Notes: generated by a model from the letters alone, not told the origin. A stretch of 64,000 bases of DNA from a virus (IMGVR_UViG_3300013306_000001:1-64000); one strand, 5' to 3'. Shown: positions 37,336 through 47,672, numbered from the stretch's first letter. Numbers and translations: made by a program.

Positions 37336-38424
37336 ATGCCACTTTCTTATAATCCTACGGACTTCAACCGCGTAGTAGACCTGTCCGAAGATATCATGAT
37401 CGTCCCCAACTCTTGGGGTCTGTTCAATCAATTAGGTATCTTCGACGTAGAACGTAAAACCCAAAAGACTGTTCTGGTTCCTCGCACTACTTGGAACGAA
37501 GGTTTGATTCCAGACCGTAACTGGGATGAACGTAACAACGCATCCCGTGGTCCAGCTCGTAGCTATCTGACTGCTTCTATTCCTCACTTCCCTTTGGATG
37601 ATGCAATTACTCCAAATGATGTTGACGGTGTTGTTGCTTGGGATAACGTTTTCGCCGGTATCCAAACTGAAACTGTTGCCGGTACTCGTGCCCGTAAAAT
37701 GCAACAAATGCGTATGAACCACGCTGTGACTCTTGAAGCTGCTCGTGCTCAACTGATCACCACTGGTTCCGTATATGCTCCAAGTGGTACTCTGCGTCAA
37801 TCCTACGGTGCTACCATTAACTGGTACAACGAGTTTGGTGTTACCCGTACTGAACTGACCATGCCTTTGAACAGCCTTGCTACTGATCCTCTGGAAAGTG
37901 TTGAGCCTATCATTGCTGGTGTTCAAGATGGTATTCAGTCTGGTCAAGTTGTTGAGGGCATGATTGCTGTTTGCTCACCTTCTTTCTTCAACGCACTGAT
38001 CACCCACCCTTTCGTGGTAGATGCTTACAAATACTACGCTCGTGATCGTGGTGCTGACGTTCTGACTGGTCGTCTAACTGCTAATGCCTATGGTCTGGAT
38101 GCTCGTTATCGCACCTTCAGCTATGGTGGTATTCTGTGGATCGAATATCGTGGTAGCTACACCGACCGTGTAACTGGAGCAACTGTTCCTTACATCCCAG
38201 CCGGTGATGCGTACGTGTTCCCACAAGTGGCTGCTGCTGCACTGTTCAAAACTTACTTTGCTCCGGCAAACCGTTTTGCAACTGTTAACCAAACTGCCCA
38301 AGAAGCATACTGGTTTGAATACATGAACGAGAAAGACGATTTCATCGAAATTATGTCCGAATCTAACTTCATGAACGCCGTACTGCGTCCTCAAGCTCTG
38401 GTTCGCGTAAGTATCGCTGCCTAA
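37336..38424 (+). CDS. major capsid protein (lambda gpE-like)
   Basis: 362 aa, position in the head operon, strong codon bias, TYFAPA...IEIMSESN...LRPQALV. Confidence 0.85.
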   Translation: MPLSYNPTDFNRVVDLSEDIMIVPNSWGLFNQLGIFDVERKTQKTVLVPRTTWNEGLIPDRNWDERNNASRGPARSYLTASIPHFPLDDAITPNDVDGVVAWDNVFAGIQTETVAGTRARKMQQMRMNHAVTLEAARAQLITTGSVYAPSGTLRQSYGATINWYNEFGVTRTELTMPLNSLATDPLESVEPIIAGVQDGIQSGQVVEGMIAVCSPSFFNALITHPFVVDAYKYYARDRGADVLTGRLTANAYGLDARYRTFSYGGILWIEYRGSYTDRVTGATVPYIPAGDAYVFPQVAAAALFKTYFAPANRFATVNQTAQEAYWFEYMNEKDDFIEIMSESNFMNAVLRPQALVRVSIAA

Positions 38425-38432
38425 ATCTGAAT

Positions 38433-38454
38433 GGGGCTGAAAAGCCCCTTCTTT
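38433..38454 (+). terminator. intrinsic terminator after MCP
   Basis: GGGGCT-GAAA-AGCCCC-TTCTTT. Confidence 0.7.
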
Positions 38455-38466
38455 GGAGATATAAAT

Positions 38467-38691
38467 ATGGCTGTTACCCCAACAGTTGGCGCAGGTTATA
38501 TTGAGGCAGTCAATTCTGTTGCTGCTCAAGTGAACTCTGGTGCTGGTGTTCCTGTTGCAACTACTACTGTCAATGGCACTGTAAAGAAAGCTGCAACTCA
38601 AGCTAACTTCGCAGGTGCAGATACAGCAGCCCTCATCGTTGAGTTGAATGCTTTTCTGGCTAAACTCAAAGCTGCTGGTATTGTCGCTTAA
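38467..38691 (+). CDS. small head fibre protein
   Basis: ATTTVNGTVKKAA...LNAFLAKLKAAGIVA head-fibre-like motif; GGAG RBS. Confidence 0.6.
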   Translation: MAVTPTVGAGYIEAVNSVAAQVNSGAGVPVATTTVNGTVKKAATQANFAGADTAALIVELNAFLAKLKAAGIVA

Positions 38692-38730
38692 AAATTGGGC
38701 AGCTAGTCTGCCCTCCTTACTTTTAAAGGA

Positions 38731-39192
38731 GTGGCTATGGCCTTAACGCCCATTCAACAAGTTAGAATTTTGATCGGTGATGTTCCAACATCCCCTTTCT
38801 ATCAGCTATTCACTGATGATGAAATACAATTCTTTCTTGATCAGAATAATGGAAATGTTCAACTAGCTGCAAGGATGGCTGCAATTTCTGCAAGCTTTCA
38901 ATTGGCTGGTTGGAGTACAAGAGAGCGCACTGGAGACATTGAAGTGTGGTCTTCTCTTTCTACTCAATATTTAAAAGCTCTTGGTAATCTAATTGACAAC
39001 CCAATTGTTAATTTACCTAATGGAATGATGCCTTGGGCTGGCGGGATTAGTTGGGCAGATGTTTGTGACAATAATCATAATCCAGATAATGTTCGTCCTA
39101 AACTTTCACAAATTAAAACTTGTGATTGTGATGATAGATGTAGTTGCGAGTGTTCAGATACTTTTGGTGTTGAATTTATTGTGATTCCTTAA
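38731..39192 (+). CDS. head-tail adaptor
   Basis: VRILIGD...FTDDEIQFFL motif and position. Confidence 0.7.
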   Translation: MAMALTPIQQVRILIGDVPTSPFYQLFTDDEIQFFLDQNNGNVQLAARMAAISASFQLAGWSTRERTGDIEVWSSLSTQYLKALGNLIDNPIVNLPNGMMPWAGGISWADVCDNNHNPDNVRPKLSQIKTCDCDDRCSCECSDTFGVEFIVIP

Positions 39193-39201
39193 GGAGTTGA
39201 T

Positions 39202-39576
39202 ATGTTAAAACCTCAATTCCTTTTGACCCATAAAATTCCACTAACAATCTTTCGTAAATCTGAAGGGTCTTATGTTAATGGTAGGTGGGTAGAAGGTACA
39301 ACTTCTGAAATTGTTCTCCAAGTCAATATTCAGCCCTTAAAGCCTTACGAAATTCTAATGCTTCCAGAAGCTGATAGAACAAGAGCTTGGGTGAAATTCT
39401 ACTCTGCGGATTATGCTCGTACTCTCAAGGAAGGGGTTGGTGGTTGGTCTGCCGATGAATTCATTTGGAAGAATGATCGTTATAAAATCATGAAGGTTGA
39501 TGATTGGACGAACGGAATGGGGATATTGGAGCATGTAAAAATTCAGGCTGCAAGAATTGAGCTGACACCAAATTAG
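39202..39576 (+). CDS. head closure protein
   Basis: G.YVNGRWVEG, NIQPL and LPEADR motifs. Confidence 0.7.
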   Translation: MLKPQFLLTHKIPLTIFRKSEGSYVNGRWVEGTTSEIVLQVNIQPLKPYEILMLPEADRTRAWVKFYSADYARTLKEGVGGWSADEFIWKNDRYKIMKVDDWTNGMGILEHVKIQAARIELTPN

Positions 39577-39585
39577 GGAGTATCT

Positions 39586-40053
39586 ATGGCATCAAAATTA
39601 AAAGTAGATACTTCTGTATGGGATAAGATAAAGAGGAATATCTTGGTTGGTAACAACCTTGAGGTTTCTACTGGATTCTTTGAAGATGCTATTTATGATG
39701 AAGAGAATAACAACGCTCAAGTTGCTCAGATTGCTAGGGACAACGAAGAGGGAACTGTAAAGAATCCAACGCGTCCTTTTATGCGTGTAGGGTTTGGTGG
39801 CAAGGTAGCCAAGCAGCTTCCAGACTTATTCAAAGATAACATGAAACGCATTGCCGAAGGTAAGTCTACCTTTGTTCAAGAATACACAAAGTTAGGCTCA
39901 ATTCTCACTGCTGAAATGAAACAATCTATTATCGAATGGTCCACACCACCCAACAGCCCTAGAACGATTGCAGACAAGGGTTTTAATGATCCTTTGATCA
40001 AGACAGGGAAGATGTTGGAGTCTGTAGAATCAAAAGTTGAGGCTAAACCATGA
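39586..40053 (+). CDS. neck/tail completion protein
   Basis: P.RPFMR and PPNSPRTIADKGFNDPLIKTG motifs. Confidence 0.7.
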   Translation: MASKLKVDTSVWDKIKRNILVGNNLEVSTGFFEDAIYDEENNNAQVAQIARDNEEGTVKNPTRPFMRVGFGGKVAKQLPDLFKDNMKRIAEGKSTFVQEYTKLGSILTAEMKQSIIEWSTPPNSPRTIADKGFNDPLIKTGKMLESVESKVEAKP

Positions 40054-40583
40054 GTATTTATTCTCAACTAGAAGATGGGTTGTACAATGTTGCTTTGGTG
40101 GCTCTTTCAAAGTTCACTAACCCACAGGTTATTTTTAGTCATCTTAATGGTACAGAACCTGCTGAAAGTTTTGTGATAATCAATATCCTAAGCAACACAC
40201 AGCAAGGGCATCACACAACTTCCACACTTACAGATACTCAAGAAATATTAGCCACGCAAGCATCTTATGAAGTGTTTGTACAATTTAGTTTCTGTGGTAG
40301 TAAGTCTGGAGAAATGTCTTCAAGCTTCAATCAAAGAATTAATAACAATCACAAAGTGTTTGAAGAATTAGCTAAAAACAATATGGGTGTTATGCGTAAA
40401 AGTCCTATGCGTAGAGCCCCACAGAAAAGAGACACTAAGTGGGTTGAATACCACAATTTAGATGTCACCTTTTCCTATACAGTCGTTACACAAGAGCTTG
40501 TAGATGTTATTGAGGTTGTAATTCTTCAAGATGTTATTACAGGCGATGTATTCACTGTCCCCCCAGATATCGTTACACCATAA
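40050..40583 (+). CDS. tail terminator protein
   Basis: Position before the sheath gene, 177 aa. Confidence 0.6.
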   Translation: MSIYSQLEDGLYNVALVALSKFTNPQVIFSHLNGTEPAESFVIINILSNTQQGHHTTSTLTDTQEILATQASYEVFVQFSFCGSKSGEMSSSFNQRINNNHKVFEELAKNNMGVMRKSPMRRAPQKRDTKWVEYHNLDVTFSYTVVTQELVDVIEVVILQDVITGDVFTVPPDIVTP

Positions 40584-40621
40584 GGCATTCGTATGCCAAA
40601 CAACAATTAAAGGATATTCGA

Positions 40622-41914
40622 ATGTCAGAACTCGACCAAATCGTACAGCTCCAGCTGACCCGTGGCTCTACTCCGGTGGAGACGGCTAGCTTCCAAATCC
40701 CCGGTATCTTAGCCACATTTACTAATTTCTCGGAACGTACTCGCACCTACACTGATATTGATGGTGTTGGCGAAGACTTCCGTACAACTGATCTAGTTTA
40801 TATGATCGCAAGTAAACTGTTTGGTCAGTCTACTGTTGGCGCTGTTCCTCCAAGTATTGTAGTAGGTCGTCGTCAAGTTAACACTGTAAACGGCTCTGTA
40901 ACCGTACAGAACTCTACTCCTTACACAGTAACTATCAACGGCACCACTTACAGCTTTACTAGTGATGCTTCAGCCACTGCAATTGAAATCATTGCAGGTT
41001 TGGACACAGCAGTAGGTACAAGCCCAGTAGGTGTAACTTTCACCGATAACTTGGATGGTACTTTCACTGTAGGTCCAACTGTCGCAGGTACTCCATGGTC
41101 TTTCCGTGCATCTACTAACATTACTCTTGCAAATGCTACACCTACCGAGAGTTATGCAGATGCTGAAGTAGCCATGAACGAGGACAACGGTACTTGGTAT
41201 GCTCTGTTTACCGATACCCATGTTCAAGCTGATGTAGTTGCTCTAAGTAATGTCATTGTAGCACAACGTAAGATCTTCGGTACTTCCTCACAAGATGCTG
41301 CTGTAATCACCACCGGTACTACTGACGTGGCTGCTGTGCTGAGTGCTGCAAGTGCTGGCCGTACTTATGGTGTATATCTTCCTACTGCTGATACCGAGTA
41401 CCCAGAAGCAGCTTGGGCTGGTAGTCAGCTGGCTTATACCCCAGGCTCTAATGATTGGGACTTCAAGCGTGCTGTAGGTGTTACTGTCAGCAAACTTAGT
41501 GATACTGCCCGTGTTAACCTTCGCAATAAGAACATGAACATGTACACTCGTGTTGGTGGCGTTAACATTTTCCAAGATGGTAATATGTTTGATGCTTCTC
41601 CGATTGATGAGGTTATCGGCATTGACTGGCTGTATGCTCGTTTGCAAGAAGGTATCTACTTCCGTCTGATCAACTCTCTGAAAATCCCTATGACCAACCC
41701 AGGTCTGGTTATTGTAGAGAACGAAATCCGTTCTGTACTTTCTCAAGCAGAAGCTAACGGCTTGATTGATCGCGGATGGTCATGCACCACCCCTGATGTA
41801 CTCGACATCCCTGAAAACATGAGGGCTGCCCGCACCGCTGGGGTGTTTAAATTCAATGCCCGCCTCGCCGGGTCAATCAGAAAGATCCAGATCACCGGAT
41901 TCCTTAGCGTATAA
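40622..41914 (+). CDS. tail sheath protein (DUF3383-like)
   Basis: PEAAW, PGS..W.FK, IDEVIGIDWL, KIP.T..G and ARLAG.I motifs. Confidence 0.85.
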   Translation: MSELDQIVQLQLTRGSTPVETASFQIPGILATFTNFSERTRTYTDIDGVGEDFRTTDLVYMIASKLFGQSTVGAVPPSIVVGRRQVNTVNGSVTVQNSTPYTVTINGTTYSFTSDASATAIEIIAGLDTAVGTSPVGVTFTDNLDGTFTVGPTVAGTPWSFRASTNITLANATPTESYADAEVAMNEDNGTWYALFTDTHVQADVVALSNVIVAQRKIFGTSSQDAAVITTGTTDVAAVLSAASAGRTYGVYLPTADTEYPEAAWAGSQLAYTPGSNDWDFKRAVGVTVSKLSDTARVNLRNKNMNMYTRVGGVNIFQDGNMFDASPIDEVIGIDWLYARLQEGIYFRLINSLKIPMTNPGLVIVENEIRSVLSQAEANGLIDRGWSCTTPDVLDIPENMRAARTAGVFKFNARLAGSIRKIQITGFLSV

Positions 41915-41982
41915 TTCTAAAAGTCTTCAATTCTCTTTTGAGACGTGGTATAATATCCACTAATTTTAAATGGAGGTTTATA

Positions 41983-42870
41983 TTGAAGTCTTATTATCTT
42001 TACAAAATAGTAAATACGGTAAATGAAAAAGTATACATTGGTATAACTTATAGGCCGAAAGATCGTCTAAGAGAACATTTTTCTAAGTCTTCTACTTGTA
42101 GGAAGCTTAACCGCGCGATTAAAAAGTACGGCAAAGATAAATTTTCTATGATTATTCTTTGTGAAGGTTTAGAAGATTATATTATTGATTTAGAAGAAAA
42201 AGCAATTTCTATTTATGACTCTATAGAAAATGGATACAACCTAATGAGTGGGCACCCCAATAAAAATGGGGCCTCTCACTCAACAGAGTCTAAGTTAAGA
42301 ATTTCTGAAGCATTATTTAAATATTATTCACAAAATGTTTGTGTTAATCTTGGGGCAACTCGCCTTAGTAAGCGTGATCTTCAACCTTACTATGTCAAAG
42401 GTTTTTGGTTTCCTACGAAAGTAGTTGCCTTAAAATCTCTTAATATGAACGAAAAAAGTTTTTATAAATGGAGAAAAGAGGGGACATTAGGCGAAGTTTG
42501 TCACCCTGCCAGCAACTCTAAGTCTCATACTCCTGTTTATTTACTTGGCTTTTGGTTCAATGACTTACTTGAAGCAAGTGTTACCTTACAGAAAGATAAA
42601 GATTTTCTGTTGCTTCTTTTAAGGTCAGACCAGTTTGAAGAAGACCTTGGTAAAATTGGAACAAAACCAAGGAAGAAACCTAAGAACATAAACATAGGTG
42701 TGAATCAGAGGGACAACGGAACATACAGAGCAATTTTAACAGTAAATAAACACAAGGTTCTAAATAAAACTTTCAGTAATTTGCAAGCTGCTCTCTTAGC
42801 TTACGACGATGCATCAGAAGAACATTATGGTGATCGACCGAACAAAACTCAAAAGGGAGCGATCCCATAA
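41983..42870 (+). CDS. GIY-YIG homing endonuclease
   Basis: YLYKIVN.VNEKVYIGIT...R..EH and NGYNL; GGAGG SD before TTG 41983. Confidence 0.85.
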   Translation: MKSYYLYKIVNTVNEKVYIGITYRPKDRLREHFSKSSTCRKLNRAIKKYGKDKFSMIILCEGLEDYIIDLEEKAISIYDSIENGYNLMSGHPNKNGASHSTESKLRISEALFKYYSQNVCVNLGATRLSKRDLQPYYVKGFWFPTKVVALKSLNMNEKSFYKWRKEGTLGEVCHPASNSKSHTPVYLLGFWFNDLLEASVTLQKDKDFLLLLLRSDQFEEDLGKIGTKPRKKPKNINIGVNQRDNGTYRAILTVNKHKVLNKTFSNLQAALLAYDDASEEHYGDRPNKTQKGAIP

Positions 42871-42887
42871 TTAAAAGGTATATTTAA

Positions 42888-43409
42888 ATGGCCGATGGCG
42901 TATTGGGCTCATACAGCCCTGAAGCAATGGTTGTAATCATTAGTAAGGGTGACTTTGTTCATCGTATTGGTGGTTACGCCGATGGTACTTTTCTAAATAT
43001 TTCGCGTATCACTCCAGCATCAGAACTGTATGTAGCTTCTGATCTACAAGCTGGCCGTGTTAAGCGTCGTAATAAAGCAAGCACTATCACCCTAACCCTG
43101 TTCCAACAAAGTTCAAGCAATGCTATTTTGCAAGAGCTGCAACGTGCTGACGAAGAAGACGATAGAAACTCTTGGGTTTTCTCTATCACCATCAAGGATA
43201 CTTCTGGTACTAGCGTATTCTCATCTAACCAAGCATTTATCTCCACTGTTCCAGATATTGGTTATTCAAATACCACTGAAACTCGTGATTGGATGATCAG
43301 TGCAGTTAGTGTTGATTCTCACGTTGGCAGCAACATGGAATTTGATGCTGCTGAAGTTGCAGCAATGGCAGCGGTTGGGGTTCAAGTTCCAGCCCGGTGG
43401 CAGCTCTAA
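42888..43409 (+). CDS. tail tube protein
   Basis: SYSPE.V, GYADGTF, ITLTL.Q.S.SN and IKD.SG (DUF3277-like). Confidence 0.75.
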   Translation: MADGVLGSYSPEAMVVIISKGDFVHRIGGYADGTFLNISRITPASELYVASDLQAGRVKRRNKASTITLTLFQQSSSNAILQELQRADEEDDRNSWVFSITIKDTSGTSVFSSNQAFISTVPDIGYSNTTETRDWMISAVSVDSHVGSNMEFDAAEVAAMAAVGVQVPARWQL

Positions 43410-43425
43410 TAGGTAAGGAAGTATA

Positions 43426-43926
43426 ATGGCCCAATTAGCTACTTATATGCCAGAGGAAGTAACCATCCTTCTTGCTGGTATTCCAGTCTCAGGCTTTATC
43501 CAAGGGTCATTTATTTCTGTTGACAAGGATGTCAAACCTTTTACATCTAAACGTACTGCTGATGGAACAGTTAGTCGGATGTATAATAATGACCAAACCT
43601 ATACAATTAATTTGACTCTTTACAGTGGTAGTGATTCTAACCAACTTCTAACTAGACTTTGGCAACTAGATGAAATTACACAAAGAGGTAAATTTCCTCT
43701 GATGATCAAGGATGGTAGTGGATCAGATTTATTCTTCTCCACAACTACTTGGATTGAGGGTATTCCTTCTTTAGTGAAGAGTAACCAATATGAACCTCGT
43801 GCATGGACATTACGTTCAAGCTCAGCAATAATAAACATTGGTGGTAATGGTGATGCTGAATCTATCTTAAATGATATTGTCAGTATTGCTACCTCTGCTC
43901 TCCCTGCTCTAAAAGGATTAATTTAA
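43426..43926 (+). CDS. tail tube-like protein (paralog 2)
   Basis: TY.PEEV, INLTL..GSDSN and IKDGSG. Confidence 0.65.
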   Translation: MAQLATYMPEEVTILLAGIPVSGFIQGSFISVDKDVKPFTSKRTADGTVSRMYNNDQTYTINLTLYSGSDSNQLLTRLWQLDEITQRGKFPLMIKDGSGSDLFFSTTTWIEGIPSLVKSNQYEPRAWTLRSSSAIINIGGNGDAESILNDIVSIATSALPALKGLI

Positions 43927-44424
43927 ATGACTAATTCTTTTAGTGTAGAGACATATTCAGCTTCAGATGTTAAGTTATCTATCGGTGGCTATATTATTAC
44001 TGGTTGGGATAACTTAACAATTAACAGACGTGTTAAAGCTTTCACTCCAGTTTATGGCATTCGTGGTAAGAATACTAGGGTTAAGAATGTTGACACGTCA
44101 GCTACAATTATCATTACTCTGATTCAAACTTCTCAGAGTAATGATGTACTTTCCTACATACATGAATTAGATATTGACGAAGGTACTGCTAGGATAACAC
44201 TAACTCTTAAGGATAACTCAGGAAGAAGTGTTTTCTCTAGCAACGAAGCTTATATCTCATCCTATCCTACAAAATCTTTCTCAGGTGATTTTACCTATAA
44301 TACTTGGGAGATTATTTTACAATCAACACAATCATACACTGTTGGTGGCAATGGCAGGCCAAGCACTGGCCTCCTAGACAATATCATCAGTGATGCAACT
44401 GACTTTGTTAGTGATTTATTTTAA
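43927..44424 (+). CDS. tail tube-like protein (paralog 3)
   Basis: TYS.SDV, ITLIQTSQSN and LKDNSG. Confidence 0.65.
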   Translation: MTNSFSVETYSASDVKLSIGGYIITGWDNLTINRRVKAFTPVYGIRGKNTRVKNVDTSATIIITLIQTSQSNDVLSYIHELDIDEGTARITLTLKDNSGRSVFSSNEAYISSYPTKSFSGDFTYNTWEIILQSTQSYTVGGNGRPSTGLLDNIISDATDFVSDLF

Positions 44425-44451
44425 AGCTAACTACAATCTGAGATAAAATAA

Positions 44452-44772
44452 ATGGCAGCTCCACAAATTAAAGCCCTCCCCCAAGAAACCATTGAAGTTG
44501 GTGGAGAGGAATACGTAGTAACAGCTATGTCAGCTACTGACGGTCTCGCTTTCATGGAAAAGTATCAAGCTGACATGGATACGGGCAAGAGCGATCTTAA
44601 AGTTATGAAGGGTGTTATTAAAGCCTATGTAACTAAAGATAATAAAATTATCGACGATAAAACTTTTGATATTATCTTTGCTCGTAAATATATGCACCTA
44701 CAACAACTCTATGCAGAAGTTATCAAGTATAATTTCTCTGATGTTTTTCAAGCGCCCGGTACAGAAGAATAA
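44452..44772 (+). CDS. tail assembly chaperone (G)
   Basis: Position before TMP; slippery T-run near the 3' end. Confidence 0.7.
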   Translation: MAAPQIKALPQETIEVGGEEYVVTAMSATDGLAFMEKYQADMDTGKSDLKVMKGVIKAYVTKDNKIIDDKTFDIIFARKYMHLQQLYAEVIKYNFSDVFQAPGTEE

Positions 44773-45011
44773 GCAACAATCCTTCTGTATCCGGGCCTAT
44801 AGAAAAAGAGATTGAAAGCAAATACTCTCAGAGATGGGAGATTTACAGAATAGCAACTCATGAGAAAGGTGGGTTGGATATAGCTGCTGATATGAGTACA
44901 AAGTATAGTACTAAGCAGCTTTATGAAATGCTAGAAACGCTAGATGTCTATGACACACTTAAGAAGCTAGCTCATGATAGGGCAATAGCTGAATCTAAGC
45001 CTAAGAAATAA
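44742..45011 (+). CDS. tail assembly chaperone extension (GT) reached by -1 frameshift
   Basis: The -1 frame is open from the GTTTTTC site to TAA 45009-45011; strong hairpin at 44754-44796. Confidence 0.7.
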   Translation, partial: CFSSARYRRISNNPSVSGPIEKEIESKYSQRWEIYRIATHEKGGLDIAADMSTKYSTKQLYEMLETLDVYDTLKKLAHDRAIAESKPKK

Positions 45012-45022
45012 GGAGCTTCCTG

Positions 45023-46870
45023 TTGGAGATTGCAAAGTATACGATAGGAACTTCAATTGTCTTTCCTAAGTCTGAGATGACAAGGTTTGATGCTCAACTT
45101 AAGATTTTAGAAAATAAAATGAAAGCATCTGGTGAACGGATGCGGCAATTTTTCAATCTTAATTTAACTAGGTTTAGTGTAAACCAGACTGCAATGAACA
45201 GGGTGATTGGTGGGGCATTAGATGTAGCCAGTCAGGCAACAGTATTCCGAATTGAAAGGTTTGTTGTAGACCAATCTCGTTTAAATGCTGCACTTGGCAG
45301 TGCTATGGCTAAAACCAATGCTGTTACTAATGTTCGTCAAAATGGTTCCCCAGTTGGAACCAGACGGGCAGCCGCAGCAGGGGGTTTAATCGGTGGAGGT
45401 TTGTCTAGGTTCTATGGTCCAGCACTTGCCCTGGGCTTAGGTGGTTACGGTCTTGGAGCCTTAAACAAGAGAAACCAAGAAGTTGTATCTGCTCAACTTC
45501 AGTCTTCCGCTGTGGTTCAACAAGCTGGTGGTACAGCCGCACAGGGCTCAGAGTCTTTCCAATACTTAAGAAGTGAAGGTCAAAGAATTGGTTTTAACTA
45601 CCTTGATGCATCTGGTGATTACAATAAGTTAATCTCTGGTCTAACTGGTTCAGGTATTGGACTTAAGGAAAGTCAAAAAGTATTTTCTGGATTTGCTGAG
45701 CTTGCCCGTGTTAACAAACTAGACAAAACAACTCAGAACAGACTTTTCCGGGCGCTTTCACAAGTAGCTGGTAAAGGTAAGCTGATGAGTGAAGAACTTA
45801 CAGGGCAGATAGCCGAAGCTCTTCCAGGAGGCACAGCTCTTTTTGCCCAAGCTTATCAGGCTAAGCTTGGCGGTAACAAAACTGGTGCCGATGCAATACA
45901 ACAACTTCTTGCTGATATGAAGAAGGGTAAAGTTACAAGCGATATCCTGACTTATGCTGGCGCTGCTGCGTCACAAAGGGCAAACCAAGGGGGTGCATTA
46001 GGAACTGCATCTCAGGCATCGCAGGCCGAACAAGCTAGATATCAAAACTCTGTAAATGATATGGCTGTCTTGGCTTCAAACTCAGGCGTAGAAGAAGGTT
46101 TTGCGCGTATTTTCCGCACCCTTAACGCTGGTTTGAGTGAGAGTGGTGGGCTAGTGAGGAGTCTATCAGAAGGCTTCAATGAGGCTACTAAATGGGCCGA
46201 TGATTTACTTCTTTTCCCTCAATCTTTTGTAAGAGCCCTTGAAGGCAAGGATAGTCTTGTAGCAGATTGGCTAGGTATTGATAAGTCTGCTCAACTGTTG
46301 AAAGATTGGCAAGATATCAAAACCCTTTGGGAACAAATGTCAGCCTTAAATCCAACTAAGCTATTTGGGGATTTCCTTCCAACGCTTGAAGCAACTACAA
46401 GAGAACTTGCTGCGATCTTGAATGCGATAGGGGAGTTTCAGAGATGGAAAAGTGGAAATCTGCCAACTGAGAATAGCAATAGAAGTGATACAGAAAAAGT
46501 TAATCTCTTTGGTCTAGAATACACCAGCCCAGCTGCTGTTGTAGGGGATCTTATAAACAACACTATGGCAGGCTTTGCAAGAGCTAGGGATAGAGGTCGT
46601 TCTGTTTATGATGATCCGAACTCTTTCTATTATCAAAACCCAGCCCTATATGATGAAAACCAAAAGAACATGGCTATGGATCAAGCAGCAGCAGCCAACG
46701 ACTACCAGCTAACCGGTTCAGGTGCAGTCACAAATCAATTTGATATCAGTATCAGTATAGACCCAGCAACTATGGGCGCCGTTGATATTAAAGCTCAGGC
46801 AGAAAATCTGATGGACGCTTTCAGAATTGAACTATCCAACGCTTCCGTTAATTTTCCGGTTAAAGAGTAA
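45023..46870 (+). CDS. tape measure protein
   Basis: ALSQVAGKGKLMSEELTGQIAEALPG tape-measure domain; AGGAG with TTG start. Confidence 0.85.
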   Translation: MEIAKYTIGTSIVFPKSEMTRFDAQLKILENKMKASGERMRQFFNLNLTRFSVNQTAMNRVIGGALDVASQATVFRIERFVVDQSRLNAALGSAMAKTNAVTNVRQNGSPVGTRRAAAAGGLIGGGLSRFYGPALALGLGGYGLGALNKRNQEVVSAQLQSSAVVQQAGGTAAQGSESFQYLRSEGQRIGFNYLDASGDYNKLISGLTGSGIGLKESQKVFSGFAELARVNKLDKTTQNRLFRALSQVAGKGKLMSEELTGQIAEALPGGTALFAQAYQAKLGGNKTGADAIQQLLADMKKGKVTSDILTYAGAAASQRANQGGALGTASQASQAEQARYQNSVNDMAVLASNSGVEEGFARIFRTLNAGLSESGGLVRSLSEGFNEATKWADDLLLFPQSFVRALEGKDSLVADWLGIDKSAQLLKDWQDIKTLWEQMSALNPTKLFGDFLPTLEATTRELAAILNAIGEFQRWKSGNLPTENSNRSDTEKVNLFGLEYTSPAAVVGDLINNTMAGFARARDRGRSVYDDPNSFYYQNPALYDENQKNMAMDQAAAANDYQLTGSGAVTNQFDISISIDPATMGAVDIKAQAENLMDAFRIELSNASVNFPVKE

Positions 46871-46882
46871 GGAGCTACACTT

Positions 46883-47668
46883 ATGACGCTAGCCGTTAGA
46901 TGGGGTGAAGACCTTACAGATGACCTTGGTGGGTTTATTTACTTTGACTGCGTTACTGCATACACTCAAAACTTTAAAGGTCAGGTTACAAAGCATCCCA
47001 TTGCTAATGGTGGGAACGTCTCTGACCACTTCATTAGGGATAATCCTGTAATAACATTATCGGGTGTTATTACAGGAGTTGATATTTCTACTGGTGTCTA
47101 CCTAATCCAAGACACAAATGGGATTGAACCTTCCAATACATTTCCAGCACCAAGTGCTGTATCTGTAAACTCAACTGACCAAAGCGTGTTGCAAAAGTTT
47201 ATACCAGACAGCATCGGTCAGTTCTTGGCAGATGGAACACCAGAAGTTACAGTAGATGCAAGACGTGCTGATCTTATTGAACAGATCAGACAAGCATTGA
47301 TGAATCTTGCAACTGGTGATGTTTATAATTCAAATACAGGTCAATTTAGGCCCCAAATTCAATTGGTAAGACTGTTTGAGTTTGATAAGAATCTTATCAG
47401 AAGAATTATAAACAGACTAGTCATTACAAATGTCACTTTTAAAGAAGATTCAAACTCTGGTTACGCACTGTATTGTGATATAACTTTTGAGCAGGTTACT
47501 TTCGCAAATCTTAAGAAGACGACTATTCCAAAAGATGTTGTTAATTCACTTAAGAAGAAAGGATCAACAAAAGCTGACAAAGGTAAACAAGACAGCACAC
47601 CACAAGATGTAGGCGCTAGTGAAGGACCAAAAGATACAGATCCTCTAAGAAAAGCTAGGGAGAACTAA
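46883..47668 (+). CDS. distal tail/tube initiator (Dit-like) protein
   Basis: VTKHPIANG..VSDH....P motif. Confidence 0.65.
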   Translation: MTLAVRWGEDLTDDLGGFIYFDCVTAYTQNFKGQVTKHPIANGGNVSDHFIRDNPVITLSGVITGVDISTGVYLIQDTNGIEPSNTFPAPSAVSVNSTDQSVLQKFIPDSIGQFLADGTPEVTVDARRADLIEQIRQALMNLATGDVYNSNTGQFRPQIQLVRLFEFDKNLIRRIINRLVITNVTFKEDSNSGYALYCDITFEQVTFANLKKTTIPKDVVNSLKKKGSTKADKGKQDSTPQDVGASEGPKDTDPLRKAREN

Positions 47669-47672
47669 TGTA

